DNA of 64,000 bases from the NCBI GenBank assembly GCA_039030015.1, contig JBCCEZ010000014.1, positions 15,119 through 79,118 of the forward strand, read 5' to 3'. Of the stretch, positions 1-8,804 are shown piece after piece (the first letter of the stretch is position 1; every line of letters begins with the position of its first letter). Source of the stretch: Gemmatimonadota bacterium (GTDB taxonomy: Bacteria; Gemmatimonadota; Gemmatimonadetes; Longimicrobiales; Gaopeijiaceae). The notes under the pieces were generated by a model that was given only the letters and a program-made list of their open reading frames with translations, ran no database searches and was not told where the DNA came from. The position numbers and the translations under genes are program-made.

Positions 1-990
1 CTCGAAGGTTCGACCCTCCGCCAAGCGGACCACCGTGCGGTAGCCCCAGAAGTTCCGGGCCGTCGGGTCGATCGACTGCACGAACCAGACCTGGACGTCA
101 GCCGAGACGTTGCCGCCAGCCCCGAGGTGCAGTGCGAAGTCTTCCGGGAGTACCCCGACCACCGGACGCGGGCGTCCGTTCAGGTTCAGCGTTTGGCCGA
201 CCGCGTCGGGCGCGCCCCCGAGGTGGCTTTGCCAGAAGGCGTGGCTGACGAGGATGACCTCTCCGTCGAGGTCTTCGTCATCTCTCGGTCCGAAGCTTCG
301 CCCGAGCACGGGCGCGACCCCGAGTAGGTCGAGCATGCCGGTCGAGACTCCTGAGGCCAGCACCGGTTCGTATCCCTCGCCGCGCTCCAACGTCGCCGTG
401 AACTCGGCCCGAGCGGCTTCCGCGCCGACGAACGCACCGTCGAGCGCGCGCATGTCCGCTACTTCGGCCTGGGCCAATCCCGGGTGGTTCTGAATCTGAC
501 CCAAGTCGACGCGGACCAGACCGAGGCGGTCGGCGTCCTCATACGGAAGGGGTTGCATCAGCACTCGGTCGAGCACGGACCAGCCTATGAGCCCGGCCCC
601 GATCCCCACGCCCAGGATGAGCGTCATCGACGCCGAGAATCTCCAGTCCTTTGCGAGCCTACGTGTAGCCTGCACCAGTCCAGCCGCCATCGTCGTCACC
701 TCCCATCCCCGTTCTTCACGACCCCGCCTGATGGGGTCTCTCCCAACCGATTCTTCTAACCACCGACGTCGCTCGCCGATCGGATCGCGGACGCGGTCCA
801 CCAGGCCCTGCCCCGCGAAGAGGCCGACCTGACCCCAGTACCAAAGGCGTGCGCGTACCTGCGACTGGGCGGCGCGCACGGTGAAGGCTTCGTGCAGATC
901 ACCCAGGATCTCCTCGCGCTCCCAACGCGGAAGAAGCCGCGATGCGAGCCACACCGCAGGGCGGGGCGGCTGCCGACTCGCTGGAGCCAT
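1..990 (-). CDS. ADOP/MacB-FtsX-type permease, N-terminal part (partial, continues past the left edge)
   Basis: Not in the ORF track because there is no stop in the window. My reverse translation from ATG at 990 is open to position 1: MAPASRQPPRPAVWLASRLLPRWEREEILGDLHEAF...LILGVGIGAGLIGWSVLDRVLMQPLPYEDADRLGLV...GEVILVSHAFWQSHLGG. This is the permease-prefix segment, TM1 and MacB-like periplasmic core typical of PadR-linked ADOP permeases. ATGA overlap with the padR stop at 990-992. Confidence 0.8.
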   Translation of the reverse strand, partial: MAPASRQPPRPAVWLASRLLPRWEREEILGDLHEAFTVRAAQSQVRARLWYWGQVGLFAGQGLVDRVRDPIGERRRWLEESVGRDPIRRGREERGWEVTTMAAGLVQATRRLAKDWRFSASMTLILGVGIGAGLIGWSVLDRVLMQPLPYEDADRLGLVRVDLGQIQNHPGLAQAEVADMRALDGAFVGAEAARAEFTATLERGEGYEPVLASGVSTGMLDLLGVAPVLGRSFGPRDDEDLDGEVILVSHAFWQSHLGGAPDAVGQTLNLNGRPRPVVGVLPEDFALHLGAGGNVSADVQVWFVQSIDPTARNFWGYRTVVRLAEGRTFE

Positions 991-1355
991 CAGCCCTCCG
1001 TCGCCCCGTCGATCTCCGTGGCCACACCGTCCCACAGGCTCAGGAGAGTGCGCCTCGAATCGTGGAGTACGGACATGCCCCCGGCGGTCAATTGCACGAA
1101 CCGCTTCGCCCGACCGCCACGCTCCGGGGTCGGGTCACCGAGTTCCGACCGCACCAGCCCCTTCGCCTCGAGTCGACGCAGGGAATTGTAGACTGCAGGC
1201 CGCAGGATCGGCCGGTTCGTGTGGCCGGTCAGCTCCTCGAAGACCGAGGCCCCGTACGCCTCGTCACTGAGCCGGAGGATCGCGAGTAGGACGAGATGTT
1301 CAAACTCGCCCACCGTCTCGTGCCCCATCACCACCCCCACGCCGTATATCATCAC
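990..1355 (-). CDS. PadR-family transcriptional regulator
   Basis: The winged-helix PadR pattern FEHLVLLAILRLSDEAYGASVFEEL...YNSLRRLEAKGLVRS is present. The size is typical and its stop overlaps the start of the downstream permease. The true start may be the ATG at 1328 (MGHETVGEFEHL). Confidence 0.85.
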   Translation of the reverse strand: MMIYGVGVVMGHETVGEFEHLVLLAILRLSDEAYGASVFEELTGHTNRPILRPAVYNSLRRLEAKGLVRSELGDPTPERGGRAKRFVQLTAGGMSVLHDSRRTLLSLWDGVATEIDGATEG

Positions 1356-1388
1356 CGATGATTAAGTAACCAAAGATTACTATATCGG
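1355..1388. promoter_or_regulatory. Imperfect palindrome in the AT-rich padR upstream region, a candidate PadR operator
   Basis: CCGATGATTAAGTAA-CCAAAGA-TTACTATATCGG has outer arms CCGAT/ATCGG and inner arms AGTAA/TTACT. It lies in the only AT-rich patch of the 1356-1606 divergent intergenic region. Confidence 0.3.
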
Positions 1389-1606
1389 AAGTGCGACGTC
1401 AACGGAGGTTGGTAGTGACCTCCTCGCTTGTCCCCTTTCTTGGACGATGCGGAGCGAGCTCCATCGGGCGAGTGTCGACCTAAAGCGTTGCATAACAACG
1501 GCCTAGTTGCCCAGGCTGTCCCTCACCCCCCTCGGCACACCCGTTGCACCCTGACCCTGTGGATCGCCCAGCCAAACGGGCGTACCTGAACCACAGGGGG
1601 AGCGCT

Positions 1607-2215
1607 ATGACCGCGCGATTGCTGAAGATGGGACTCGTACTCCTGGCCACGCTCGCGATGGACGCGCGCAACGCCACCGCCCAGATCTCTGGGCGCGTGA
1701 TTCTGCGCGAGGGTCCGATCGCCCTTGACGTCGCGATCGGTCGCCGGCCTCACGTGTCGGTCGTGCGCCACCGCGCCCCGCGTGGGAGGGTCGTCGAGGT
1801 GCACCAGCCGCGCCGCTACGAGCCGGGCATGACCTTCGTCGAACTGGAGCGCTACCTCCACTGGGTCGAGGTCGAGTACCGGACGTTCCGCCGTATGGAC
1901 GAGGACGAAGCCTGGTACCGCTTCGGTTGGAGTGAGCGGCAGCTCGACGACTACGTCGATTGGCTCAAGGACGAGCGGAAGTACCTCAAGCGCGAACACA
2001 AACGACTTCGTCGCCTGATTCGCGATGGCCATCGCTATGCCCCATACGACGGATGGCGAGGCGACTGGGACGACGGTGATTGGGAGGACTACTGGGACGA
2101 CCGGTACGACGACTGGGAGGATCGCCGCGAAGACTGGGACGACGAGTGGGAGGACCGGTACAAGGAACGCGCGGACGACGATGATCGCCGTCGTCGTCGG
2201 AGCCGCGGGCGGTAG
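1607..2215 (+). CDS. Secreted hypothetical protein with a Trp/Asp/Glu/Arg-rich repetitive C-terminal tail
   Basis: ATG at 1607 is preceded by GGGGGAG. The signal peptide is MTARLLKMGLVLLATLAMDARNATAQ. The tail reads DWDDGDWEDYWDDRYDDWEDRREDWDDEWEDRYKERADDDDRRRRR. Confidence 0.6.
   Translation: MTARLLKMGLVLLATLAMDARNATAQISGRVILREGPIALDVAIGRRPHVSVVRHRAPRGRVVEVHQPRRYEPGMTFVELERYLHWVEVEYRTFRRMDEDEAWYRFGWSERQLDDYVDWLKDERKYLKREHKRLRRLIRDGHRYAPYDGWRGDWDDGDWEDYWDDRYDDWEDRREDWDDEWEDRYKERADDDDRRRRRSRGR
2050..2160 (+). repeat. Degenerate in-frame tandem repeat (GACTGGGA[C/G]GAC-like) encoding DW[D/E]D units
   Basis: At least five copies of gactggga(c/g)ga or closely related units are seen directly in the sequence, inside the 1607-2215 CDS. 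Confidence 0.5.
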
Positions 2216-2311
2216 GCAGTCCCGGATAACAGGTCTCTAGCGGGGGAGTGGCGAGATAACGGGCCGGGCTCGATCTTGCCGCTCCCCTCGCCGTTCATCG
2301 AGAGAGAGACC

Positions 2312-3271
2312 ATGAAGCCGACCCCGATCGCGCGCCTCGCCACGACCGTCCTCGCCCTCGGGCTCGTAGCCTGCGGAGCGGACGCTCCCGAAGAAGCCGC
2401 GCCCGCCGTCGCAGAGGTCGATCCCACTGCGAATCAGCAGCTCGCGTGGGTCGACCGCTCGGGATCCGTACTCGAAGAGATCGGCCCTCGCATGAACTCG
2501 ATCCTCGATCCCTCGATCTCTCCAGATGGCGAGCGGATCGCCGTCCGTGGTCGCGAGGTCGAGGGCCAGACGGACTACCTCTACATCCTGGAGGGCGCGG
2601 AAGGGGCGAGGCTCACGTCGAACGAAGGCTTCGAGCGGCACATGATCTGGTCCCCGGACGGGTCGCGGATCGCCTACTCGATCCAGGACCCCGAGGGCGT
2701 CTCGAACCTCTTCATCCGCGCCGCGGACGGGACAGGCGCAGACGAGCCGCTCATCGTGAGCGAGGGCATGCACAAGTGGTATCCCTCCTGGACGCCCGAT
2801 GCCTCGACGCTCGTCTTCCACACGAACAACCCGGAGACGCAGGCGCGCGACCTCTGGTCGATCGACGTCGCGACGGGCGAGACGGACGTCGTGGTCGGCG
2901 ACGACGGGATCCAGGCGCTGGCCCGGCTCTCTCGTGACGGTCGGTTCATCGCGTACCAGTCGGACCAGGACGGCCAGATGGAGGTCTACGTGACGACCTT
3001 CCCGGCTTCGGATGCGCGCTGGAAGGTGTCGGCCAACGGCGGGACGTGGCCGAAGTGGAGCGACGACGAGCTCTTCTTCTGGCAGGGCAACGATCTGATG
3101 GTCGCGGGCTTCACCGACGAGGGAGGCTTCACCTTTGCAGACCCCACCATGGTCTTCACGGGTGCGCAGGTCGGAATGGGGGCAGACAACATGATGACGT
3201 CCTACAACCCCGAGTACGACGTGAGCCCGGATGGGACCCGCTTCGTCGTGACGCAGCGCGTCCAGGAGTGA
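2312..3271 (+). CDS. TolB-like beta-propeller lipoprotein (PD40/WD40-like repeats)
   Basis: The signal and lipobox are MKPTPIARLATTVLALGLVAC. SPDG-type blades recur: ISPDGERIA, WSPDGSRIA, WTPDASTLV, LSRDGRFIA, VSPDGTRFV. The start at 2312 follows a purine-rich GAGAGAGAGA. Confidence 0.85.
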   Translation: MKPTPIARLATTVLALGLVACGADAPEEAAPAVAEVDPTANQQLAWVDRSGSVLEEIGPRMNSILDPSISPDGERIAVRGREVEGQTDYLYILEGAEGARLTSNEGFERHMIWSPDGSRIAYSIQDPEGVSNLFIRAADGTGADEPLIVSEGMHKWYPSWTPDASTLVFHTNNPETQARDLWSIDVATGETDVVVGDDGIQALARLSRDGRFIAYQSDQDGQMEVYVTTFPASDARWKVSANGGTWPKWSDDELFFWQGNDLMVAGFTDEGGFTFADPTMVFTGAQVGMGADNMMTSYNPEYDVSPDGTRFVVTQRVQE

Positions 3272-3699
3272 GGGAAAAGTCGAAGGTCGTCGCATTGGCG
3301 CTCTTCGTCGCGATCTTCGTCCTCAGTCGCCCCTGGTCGCCCGCCGCGTCACCAGGGATCGAGGGTGACGGGGAGTCGAGGGTCGCCGAGCTCTTCGAGA
3401 GCCGAAGCAGTGGAGAGATGGTCGTGGTGTCGGGCGTCGTCGACGCGGTTCTCGCCGACGACAACGAGGGCTCTCGACACCAGCGTTTCATCGTCCGATT
3501 GGAGTCGGACCAGACGCTCCTCGTGGCGCACAACATCGATCTAGCCGAACGGGTGCCCTTGGCGGTGGATGACCCGGTCACCGTGCACGGTCAGTACGAG
3601 TGGAACGACCGCGGCGGCGTGCTGCACTGGACGCATCACGATCCGGACGGGCGGCGCGAAGGTGGTTGGATCGACTGGGAGGGGCGCCGTTACCGCTGA
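3268..3699 (+). CDS. DUF3465-family protein
   Basis: The conserved core SRHQRFIVRLESDQTLLVAHNIDLAERVP...VHGQYEWNDRGGVLHWTHHDPDGRREGGWI matches my memory of DUF3465. GTG at 3268 overlaps the upstream TGA (GTGA). An N-terminal hydrophobic segment VVALALFVAIFVL is present. Confidence 0.75.
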   Translation: MREKSKVVALALFVAIFVLSRPWSPAASPGIEGDGESRVAELFESRSSGEMVVVSGVVDAVLADDNEGSRHQRFIVRLESDQTLLVAHNIDLAERVPLAVDDPVTVHGQYEWNDRGGVLHWTHHDPDGRREGGWIDWEGRRYR

Positions 3700-3715
3700 C
3701 TCTCCGGCACGCCCT

Positions 3716-4612
3716 CTAACGCTGATCGTGTTCGGAGATCAGCTGCACGGCCAACTGTGCGATCTCGGCGATCGCCGCATCGGCCTCGCTCGCTTCGGCG
3801 GTCGGCCGATCGATGTAGGCGGATAACACGAACGCCGGCCCACTCGGCGGCCATACGATCCCGACATCGTTGAACGCGGTCCCGCAGCTTCCCGTCTTGT
3901 CGCCGACCCGCCAGCCGTCGGGGATCCCGGCCCGGATGCGCCGGTCTCCGGTCTGGTTGGCCACGGCCCACGCGGCCAACTGCTCGCGACTCTCGGCGGC
4001 GAGGGCGTCGGTGAACGTCAGCCGTTGGATCAGGGCAGCCATCGCGATTGGGCTCGTCGTGTCTCGCTCATCACCAGGGGCGTTCTCGTTGAGCTCGGGT
4101 TCGATTCGGTCGAGCCGAGAGACGTCATCCCCATGGCTGCGGAAGAAGGCGGTCAGTCCTTCGGGGCCACCGATCTCGGCGAGGAGCAGATTCGCTGCGG
4201 TATTGTCCGAGAGTGTCACGGTCCCCTCGGCTGCCTGGCCGATGGTCATCTGTCCGGCGTCGATGTGCTCTCGGGCCACCGGGGCGTAGCTGAGGAGGTC
4301 GGTCTCGCCGAAGGGCAGGGCGTCGTCGAGGGTCATCGTGCCGTCTTCGACGTGCTCGAGCACCGCCGCGCTGAGCGCGAGCTTGAAGGTCGAGCACATG
4401 GCGAAACGCTCATCGCCTCGGTACGCGGCCAGCACCTCGCCGTCCTCCGAGACGATCGCCGTCCCGATGCGTCCGCCGATCCTCTGCTCGATCTCTCCGA
4501 CCGCGGCGTATGGGTCGGTCGCTGCGACCTGCGGCGTCGCATCCTCCTCACCCACACAGCCTAGCCCGACCCACCCGATCGCAACGACAGCTCTCCAACT
4601 CCCCTTCATCAT
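3716..4612 (-). CDS. bla: Class A (Ambler) serine beta-lactamase
   Basis: All class A motifs are present: CSTFK (S70-x-x-K73), SDN (130-132), R-I-EPELNE (E166/N170), RDTT (D179) and KTGSC (234-238). Confidence 0.9.
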   Translation of the reverse strand: MMKGSWRAVVAIGWVGLGCVGEEDATPQVAATDPYAAVGEIEQRIGGRIGTAIVSEDGEVLAAYRGDERFAMCSTFKLALSAAVLEHVEDGTMTLDDALPFGETDLLSYAPVAREHIDAGQMTIGQAAEGTVTLSDNTAANLLLAEIGGPEGLTAFFRSHGDDVSRLDRIEPELNENAPGDERDTTSPIAMAALIQRLTFTDALAAESREQLAAWAVANQTGDRRIRAGIPDGWRVGDKTGSCGTAFNDVGIVWPPSGPAFVLSAYIDRPTAEASEADAAIAEIAQLAVQLISEHDQR

Positions 4613-4660
4613 CGGTCCCCCTGAAGCCCTCGACCCGACCAGCGGTCGGCACCCGTGATC

Positions 4661-4694
4661 CGCTCGCCTCGCGCCGGATGTGGCCGGGCGAGCG
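4661..4694 (-). terminator. GC-rich hairpin downstream of the hydrolase gene, a candidate terminator
   Basis: CGCTCGCC...GGCGAGCG forms an 8-bp stem with inner CCGG/CCGG pairing, about 90 nt past the stop at 4784. There is no clear U-tract. Confidence 0.3.
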
Positions 4695-4783
4695 CAGGGG
4701 GATCCACTTCAAGTGGCGTGCCAAGACGCGATGGCAACGTGAGCCTTGAACCCAGTCGGCGAGGGAGCGAGCCCACCGCCCCG

Positions 4784-5917
4784 TCAGATTGTATTGACGA
4801 GTCGATGAAGCGCTCGGAGGAGAAGTGCGACCTCGTAGGCGTGTTCGACAGGGCTAGACGGCACGTGGTCCTTGCTGTGGTTGAACAGCCCGGTGACAGT
4901 CACCCCTCGTTGATGCGTCGACGGCACTCGCTCCATGAGCCGCATGGCTTCCGTGAACGGGATCAGGCGATCTCCCCGTCCATGGATCACCTGTGTCGGC
5001 ACGCGGACATCCGCGACGCTTCCGAGGGGATCGAGTTGGGGCTCTGCCTCGCAGCAGGTGTCCGCCAAAGCCTTGGCGAACGCCGCGCTCTCCTCGCGAT
5101 CAGGGCGCGGCTCGGTGCTCGGCGTCGCGAGGATATCGAAGAGTTGGCGACGCTCGGGCGCGACCCTTTCCCGAAGCGCGGTGATCATGGGATCGTGATA
5201 GGGCTCCCACGCCGAGACTCTCTTCGAGCTGGCTTCGGTCGCGAGCTGCCGCATGGCGTCCGCCACGTCGTCGGCATCTTCGTAGCCCGGCACCTGGGTG
5301 AGGAAGTTGCTCGCGATGACCCACCGGCCGTACGGGTCAGGCTGCAGTCGGTGGCGGTCGTCGTTCCACTCATGATCGCCGGTCACCATACAGCCCACCG
5401 TACGTCCCAGGCAGCAGTAGCCGCCGAAGACGACAGCGCCGCGCACATGATCGACGACCTGTTCGTCAGAGGCCGCGAGCGCTGCCCCCACGGCGCCGAA
5501 CGAGAAGCCGATCACCCCGTAGCCGTCGGGTCTCACATCTGGACGGGTATTCAGGTAGTCGACGGAGGCCCGGACCGTCGGGAGGATGACGCGAGGGCAC
5601 ACGGAGAGTCGACGCCACTCCGGGAGTCCGGGGACGAGGACGCCGGCCCCGCTCGAGGCGAGAGCTTCAGTGAAGCGAACGAGTTGAGGGTGGAACCGCC
5701 CCTTGAGCGACACCCCTCCGATGGCGATCCACGTGGGGAGACGTCGACTCGTCCCCACGGGTCGGACGAAGGTGGCGGGGATCGTCTGCCCCTCCCGCTG
5801 GATCGCCACTTGAGTGCTTTCGATCGCGGTAGGTCCCCGCTTCCAGCCCCTCGAATAGCGGGCGGTACGCATCAGCTGTCGCGGGTTCATAGCGCTCCCA
5901 TGAGCGGTGCCCAACAC
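4784..5917 (-). CDS. Alpha/beta-fold hydrolase
   Basis: The nucleophile elbow GFSFG (VIGFSFGAVGA) and a late HGRGDRLIP segment are typical of dienelactone-hydrolase/esterase-like proteins. An alternative ATG start lies at 5890. Confidence 0.75.
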   Translation of the reverse strand: MLGTAHGSAMNPRQLMRTARYSRGWKRGPTAIESTQVAIQREGQTIPATFVRPVGTSRRLPTWIAIGGVSLKGRFHPQLVRFTEALASSGAGVLVPGLPEWRRLSVCPRVILPTVRASVDYLNTRPDVRPDGYGVIGFSFGAVGAALAASDEQVVDHVRGAVVFGGYCCLGRTVGCMVTGDHEWNDDRHRLQPDPYGRWVIASNFLTQVPGYEDADDVADAMRQLATEASSKRVSAWEPYHDPMITALRERVAPERRQLFDILATPSTEPRPDREESAAFAKALADTCCEAEPQLDPLGSVADVRVPTQVIHGRGDRLIPFTEAMRLMERVPSTHQRGVTVTGLFNHSKDHVPSSPVEHAYEVALLLRALHRLVNTI

Positions 5918-5971
5918 CGCGGTCGGCGTTGGTGCGGCCGCCTATGGAGCAGGGAGCCGGTCGAGGGGCAC

Positions 5972-6008
5972 AAAAAAGGCGGGATCCCGCTAGAACGAGA
6001 TCTCCGCC
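5972..6008 (-). terminator. Rho-independent terminator of the 6071-7210 gene
   Basis: On the minus strand, GGCGGAGATC-loop-GATCCCGCC (9 bp with one bulge) is followed by TTTTTT. It lies 63 nt after the stop codon. Confidence 0.6.
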
Positions 6009-6070
6009 TCCCTCCCTCACCGGCTGCCAGTCGGGCAGCGCATGAGAATGGGCGCGTGCTCGGGCCAAAG

Positions 6071-7210
6071 TCAAACCTGGCCCTGCACGCAGCCGCCTCG
6101 ACCGACGATGTCGTCTTCGAGGCGCTGAGCCTCGGCGGTTGTGATCTCCAGCTGCTCCCGAAGCACATCGAGCACCGCGCGCTCCTGCTCGTGGATGACT
6201 CCGTCGTCCACGGCCCCTTCCAGGGCCCCGCGGTAGACCCGGAGCTTCCGTGACTCCCTGTATTGAGGAGAGTCTTCGACACCGGACAGGAGTCGACCGA
6301 GTGCATTTGATACGACCCGTTCGACCGGTCGAAGGAAGGCGACGATCACTGCGGCCACGATGAGCCCGAGAATCGTGCTATCGATCGGAACGAGGCCTTC
6401 CAGCAACTCGCTCCCGACAAAGAAGCCGCCGCCGATGAGCGCGCCCAGCGTCGTCTTCTCGAGCGCGAACTTGATCTTCAGATCGAGATCGAAGAGCTGG
6501 TTGTTGAGGACGGCGTACGCCAAGAGGCACTGGTAGATCAGGTAGACCAACGCCTGGATCGGGTTGTAGACCAGGTCGCCCCAAAAGGGGACAGGACGGA
6601 GGATCGGGTACGCCCCCAGCAAGACCGCCATGAACGCGTCTCGAAACCCGAACGCGATCATGAACCACAGCGCCTGGTTGCGCGCCGAAGATCCTCGGTC
6701 CGCTCGCAGGAAGGCGGACAACGCGGCGATCAGGCCGAAGAAGCTCATCGCCGCGTACGAGGCCACGATGGCACTGCCCATCGGCGTGAGCTGGAAGTTC
6801 CACGGCGCCCAGCCAGGGTCGTACAACTCGCCGACGATGAACTGCGGGTTCAGGAGGATCAGCACGCCGCCGAGGACGCTCATCACGGAGAGCGTGCGCC
6901 TCCCGAACGCGGTACTGAACGGCCGAACCAGGGGTGTGTCCACGGCGACGCCGAGGAAGCTCAGGTACTGGAATTGGAGTGCCGTCCAGGCGCACATGCC
7001 GAGCGCGACGGCGACGCGGACATGGTTCGGGTCGGGCAGGTAGAAGAGGAAGCCGAGTGTGAGCGAGGCGGAGAGGCCTTCGAGAACGAGCACGGTGGCG
7101 AGCCGGCGGTTGACCTGTCCGACGCTCAACGTCCGAGCGAGGAAGAGTGCGAGCCCGAGCGAGATCGGCAGGACCACCACGCCCGGCACCCCCCACCACG
7201 TCCACGTCAT
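6071..7210 (-). CDS. Polytopic membrane protein with a C-terminal soluble helical domain
   Basis: About 9 hydrophobic helices run from MTWTWWGVPGVVVLPISLGLALFLA onward. The tail RVYRGALEGAVDDGVIHEQERAVLDVLREQLEITTAEAQRLEDDIV is TerB-like in flavour. The ORF-track extension to 7666 is Pro/Arg-rich and overlaps the divergent promoter, so I rejected it. Confidence 0.7.
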   Translation of the reverse strand: MTWTWWGVPGVVVLPISLGLALFLARTLSVGQVNRRLATVLVLEGLSASLTLGFLFYLPDPNHVRVAVALGMCAWTALQFQYLSFLGVAVDTPLVRPFSTAFGRRTLSVMSVLGGVLILLNPQFIVGELYDPGWAPWNFQLTPMGSAIVASYAAMSFFGLIAALSAFLRADRGSSARNQALWFMIAFGFRDAFMAVLLGAYPILRPVPFWGDLVYNPIQALVYLIYQCLLAYAVLNNQLFDLDLKIKFALEKTTLGALIGGGFFVGSELLEGLVPIDSTILGLIVAAVIVAFLRPVERVVSNALGRLLSGVEDSPQYRESRKLRVYRGALEGAVDDGVIHEQERAVLDVLREQLEITTAEAQRLEDDIVGRGGCVQGQV

Positions 7211-7434
7211 GACACGTGCGTCTGTCGTGCCCGGCAGGACCGAGCGGGGTGGGATTCGAGGTGCATCAGGTCGCCGAGCAATGCGGGGAGCGGAGGGCTC
7301 ACGCATGGTCCGTGGTCGTCGTCCGCATGTCAAAGGACTCGAGGATCCCGTCCCTTGCTCATGTGGCACCTTGCCGAAGGAGGGTTTCGCACTATAGGGT
7401 GAGGCCCTATATGGAGTGACAGGGAGGCGGAACG

Positions 7435-8307
7435 ATGATGCGAAGAGGGCGGGGGATCGTGTGGACGGTCGGATGCCTCGTGGTACTGGTGTCGGCAGCT
7501 GGGCAGCCCGCGGGAGCCCAGGAGGTCGTACCGCTCGATCCGGACGACGCCGCCGCGGGTCGGCTGATCCTGAGCACGGGCGTCTCCACTCGGGACCCCG
7601 TGTGCCCGGCGAGAGCCTACCAGTTCGCGCTCGACCCCGAGGACGACCCGGAGTGGCGACGAGCAAACCGGAGCCTCTGGGAAGAGGAGGAGGTGATCTC
7701 GGCCGTACGGAGGGCGATGGCGCTGGCCCGGTCCGCGCTGCCCTTCGACGGTGTGGTGGTCTGTCTAGGGCTCTCCGGCCGACCCTCGGATCCCACGCTT
7801 GAACGAATGAAGGGAATCTCCGGCGCCGCCTTTGTGCCCAAGACCATCTTCCTGGTGGTGGCGCCGTCGATGAACCCGGACTGGTTAGCGGACCTCGAGG
7901 TCACCGTGGCTCACGAGTACCACCACCTGGCGACCCAGCGGCCGGCCCCCACGGGGCTCCATGTCCTCATCCGAGAGGGGCTCGCGCACAACTTCGCGGC
8001 GAGGCTCTACCCCGATCGCATTCACCCATCGGCGGACGCCCTCCGTCCGGATCAGATCGCTCCGGCTTGGGAGAAGATCCTCGCTCACCTCGACGACGAG
8101 CCTCGATCGTTTCTCCGGACGTATATGTTCGGCGGCCCCTACTACGGCGGTGAGGTCCCCGGTTGGGCCGGGTACACGCTGGGGTACTGCCTCGTGTGGG
8201 CGTATGCGCAAACTCGGCCGGGCATTTCCCCGGCAGAGCTGAGTGAGGTCCCACCGAGTCACTTCGTGGAGCGAGAGGCGCGGTGTCCGGCGGGTGAGAC
8301 TGGGTAG
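7435..8307 (+). CDS. Secreted putative Zn-metalloprotease (DUF2268-like, HExxH)
   Basis: A signal peptide ends in AGAQE. The motif VTVAHEYHHLA (HExxH) is present, and GGAGG lies 6 nt upstream of the ATG. Confidence 0.75.
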   Translation: MMRRGRGIVWTVGCLVVLVSAAGQPAGAQEVVPLDPDDAAAGRLILSTGVSTRDPVCPARAYQFALDPEDDPEWRRANRSLWEEEEVISAVRRAMALARSALPFDGVVVCLGLSGRPSDPTLERMKGISGAAFVPKTIFLVVAPSMNPDWLADLEVTVAHEYHHLATQRPAPTGLHVLIREGLAHNFAARLYPDRIHPSADALRPDQIAPAWEKILAHLDDEPRSFLRTYMFGGPYYGGEVPGWAGYTLGYCLVWAYAQTRPGISPAELSEVPPSHFVEREARCPAGETG

Positions 8308-8374
8308 CTGTGGGCGGCCACGCCCCGGTCAGGTTGCTCGGCGAACCTCCACACCCCTCCGCTGTACCACCCTC

Positions 8375-8704
8375 ATGCCCCGCCTAGCCCTCACCTGGCT
8401 CGGAGTCCTCGGACTCCTCCTCGCCGTCCCGCCCGAGGCGGGTGCGGCCGAGCTTGTCCGCCTGGGCTCAGCCCCGACGAGCGTCGCCCCCCAGGTGGAG
8501 GCTCCAACCCACGGCGCCGCACCTCGCGAGCAGTCTTGGACCAGGGCAGTCTTCGGAGTTCAGCTCCCCGCGGGGATCCGATCGGCGGCTCCGCACGCCC
8601 CACGAGCGGTAGCAGACTCCGCGGCACCCAACCGCGCGCCGACCCATGTCGGCCCAACGGCCACGAGTTGGGTCCTCCCGGACGCCCGGGCACCGCCCGC
8701 GTAG
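8375..8704 (+). CDS. Small hypothetical secreted protein (weak call)
   Basis: MPRLALTWLGVLGLLLAVPPEAGAAE looks like a signal peptide. The remainder is Ala/Pro-rich with mixed third-position composition. It could be non-coding. Confidence 0.3.
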   Translation: MPRLALTWLGVLGLLLAVPPEAGAAELVRLGSAPTSVAPQVEAPTHGAAPREQSWTRAVFGVQLPAGIRSAAPHAPRAVADSAAPNRAPTHVGPTATSWVLPDARAPPA

Positions 8705-8804
8705 ACCCAGCACAAAACGACAAACCCTGAGCGCCCGCGCCACCTGACTGCAGGTGGGGCCGGTTCGCTCGTCAACTCGTTCCTGCTAGGACTACGACAC
8801 GGTC

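Noticed and set aside
4655-6253. A 532-aa plus-strand ORF. The same reasoning applies to these long ORFs: 11256-12275, 14149-15165, 14982-16208, 20610-21647, 30162-31574, 30920-32539, 38011-39117, 42160-43854, 47250-48473, 49569-50627, 52044-53600, 52193-54070, 56476-57771 and 61039-62073.
   Set aside because: Each is antisense or out of frame to a gene with strong family signatures. All are Arg/Pro/Gly/Asp-rich, lack motifs and have no plausible ribosome-binding context.
7211-7666. The N-terminal 151-aa extension of the 6071-7666 ORF.
   Set aside because: It is Pro/Arg/Ser-rich and non-hydrophobic. It overlaps the divergent promoter and the start of the 7435 gene. The membrane protein begins sensibly at the ATG at 7210.
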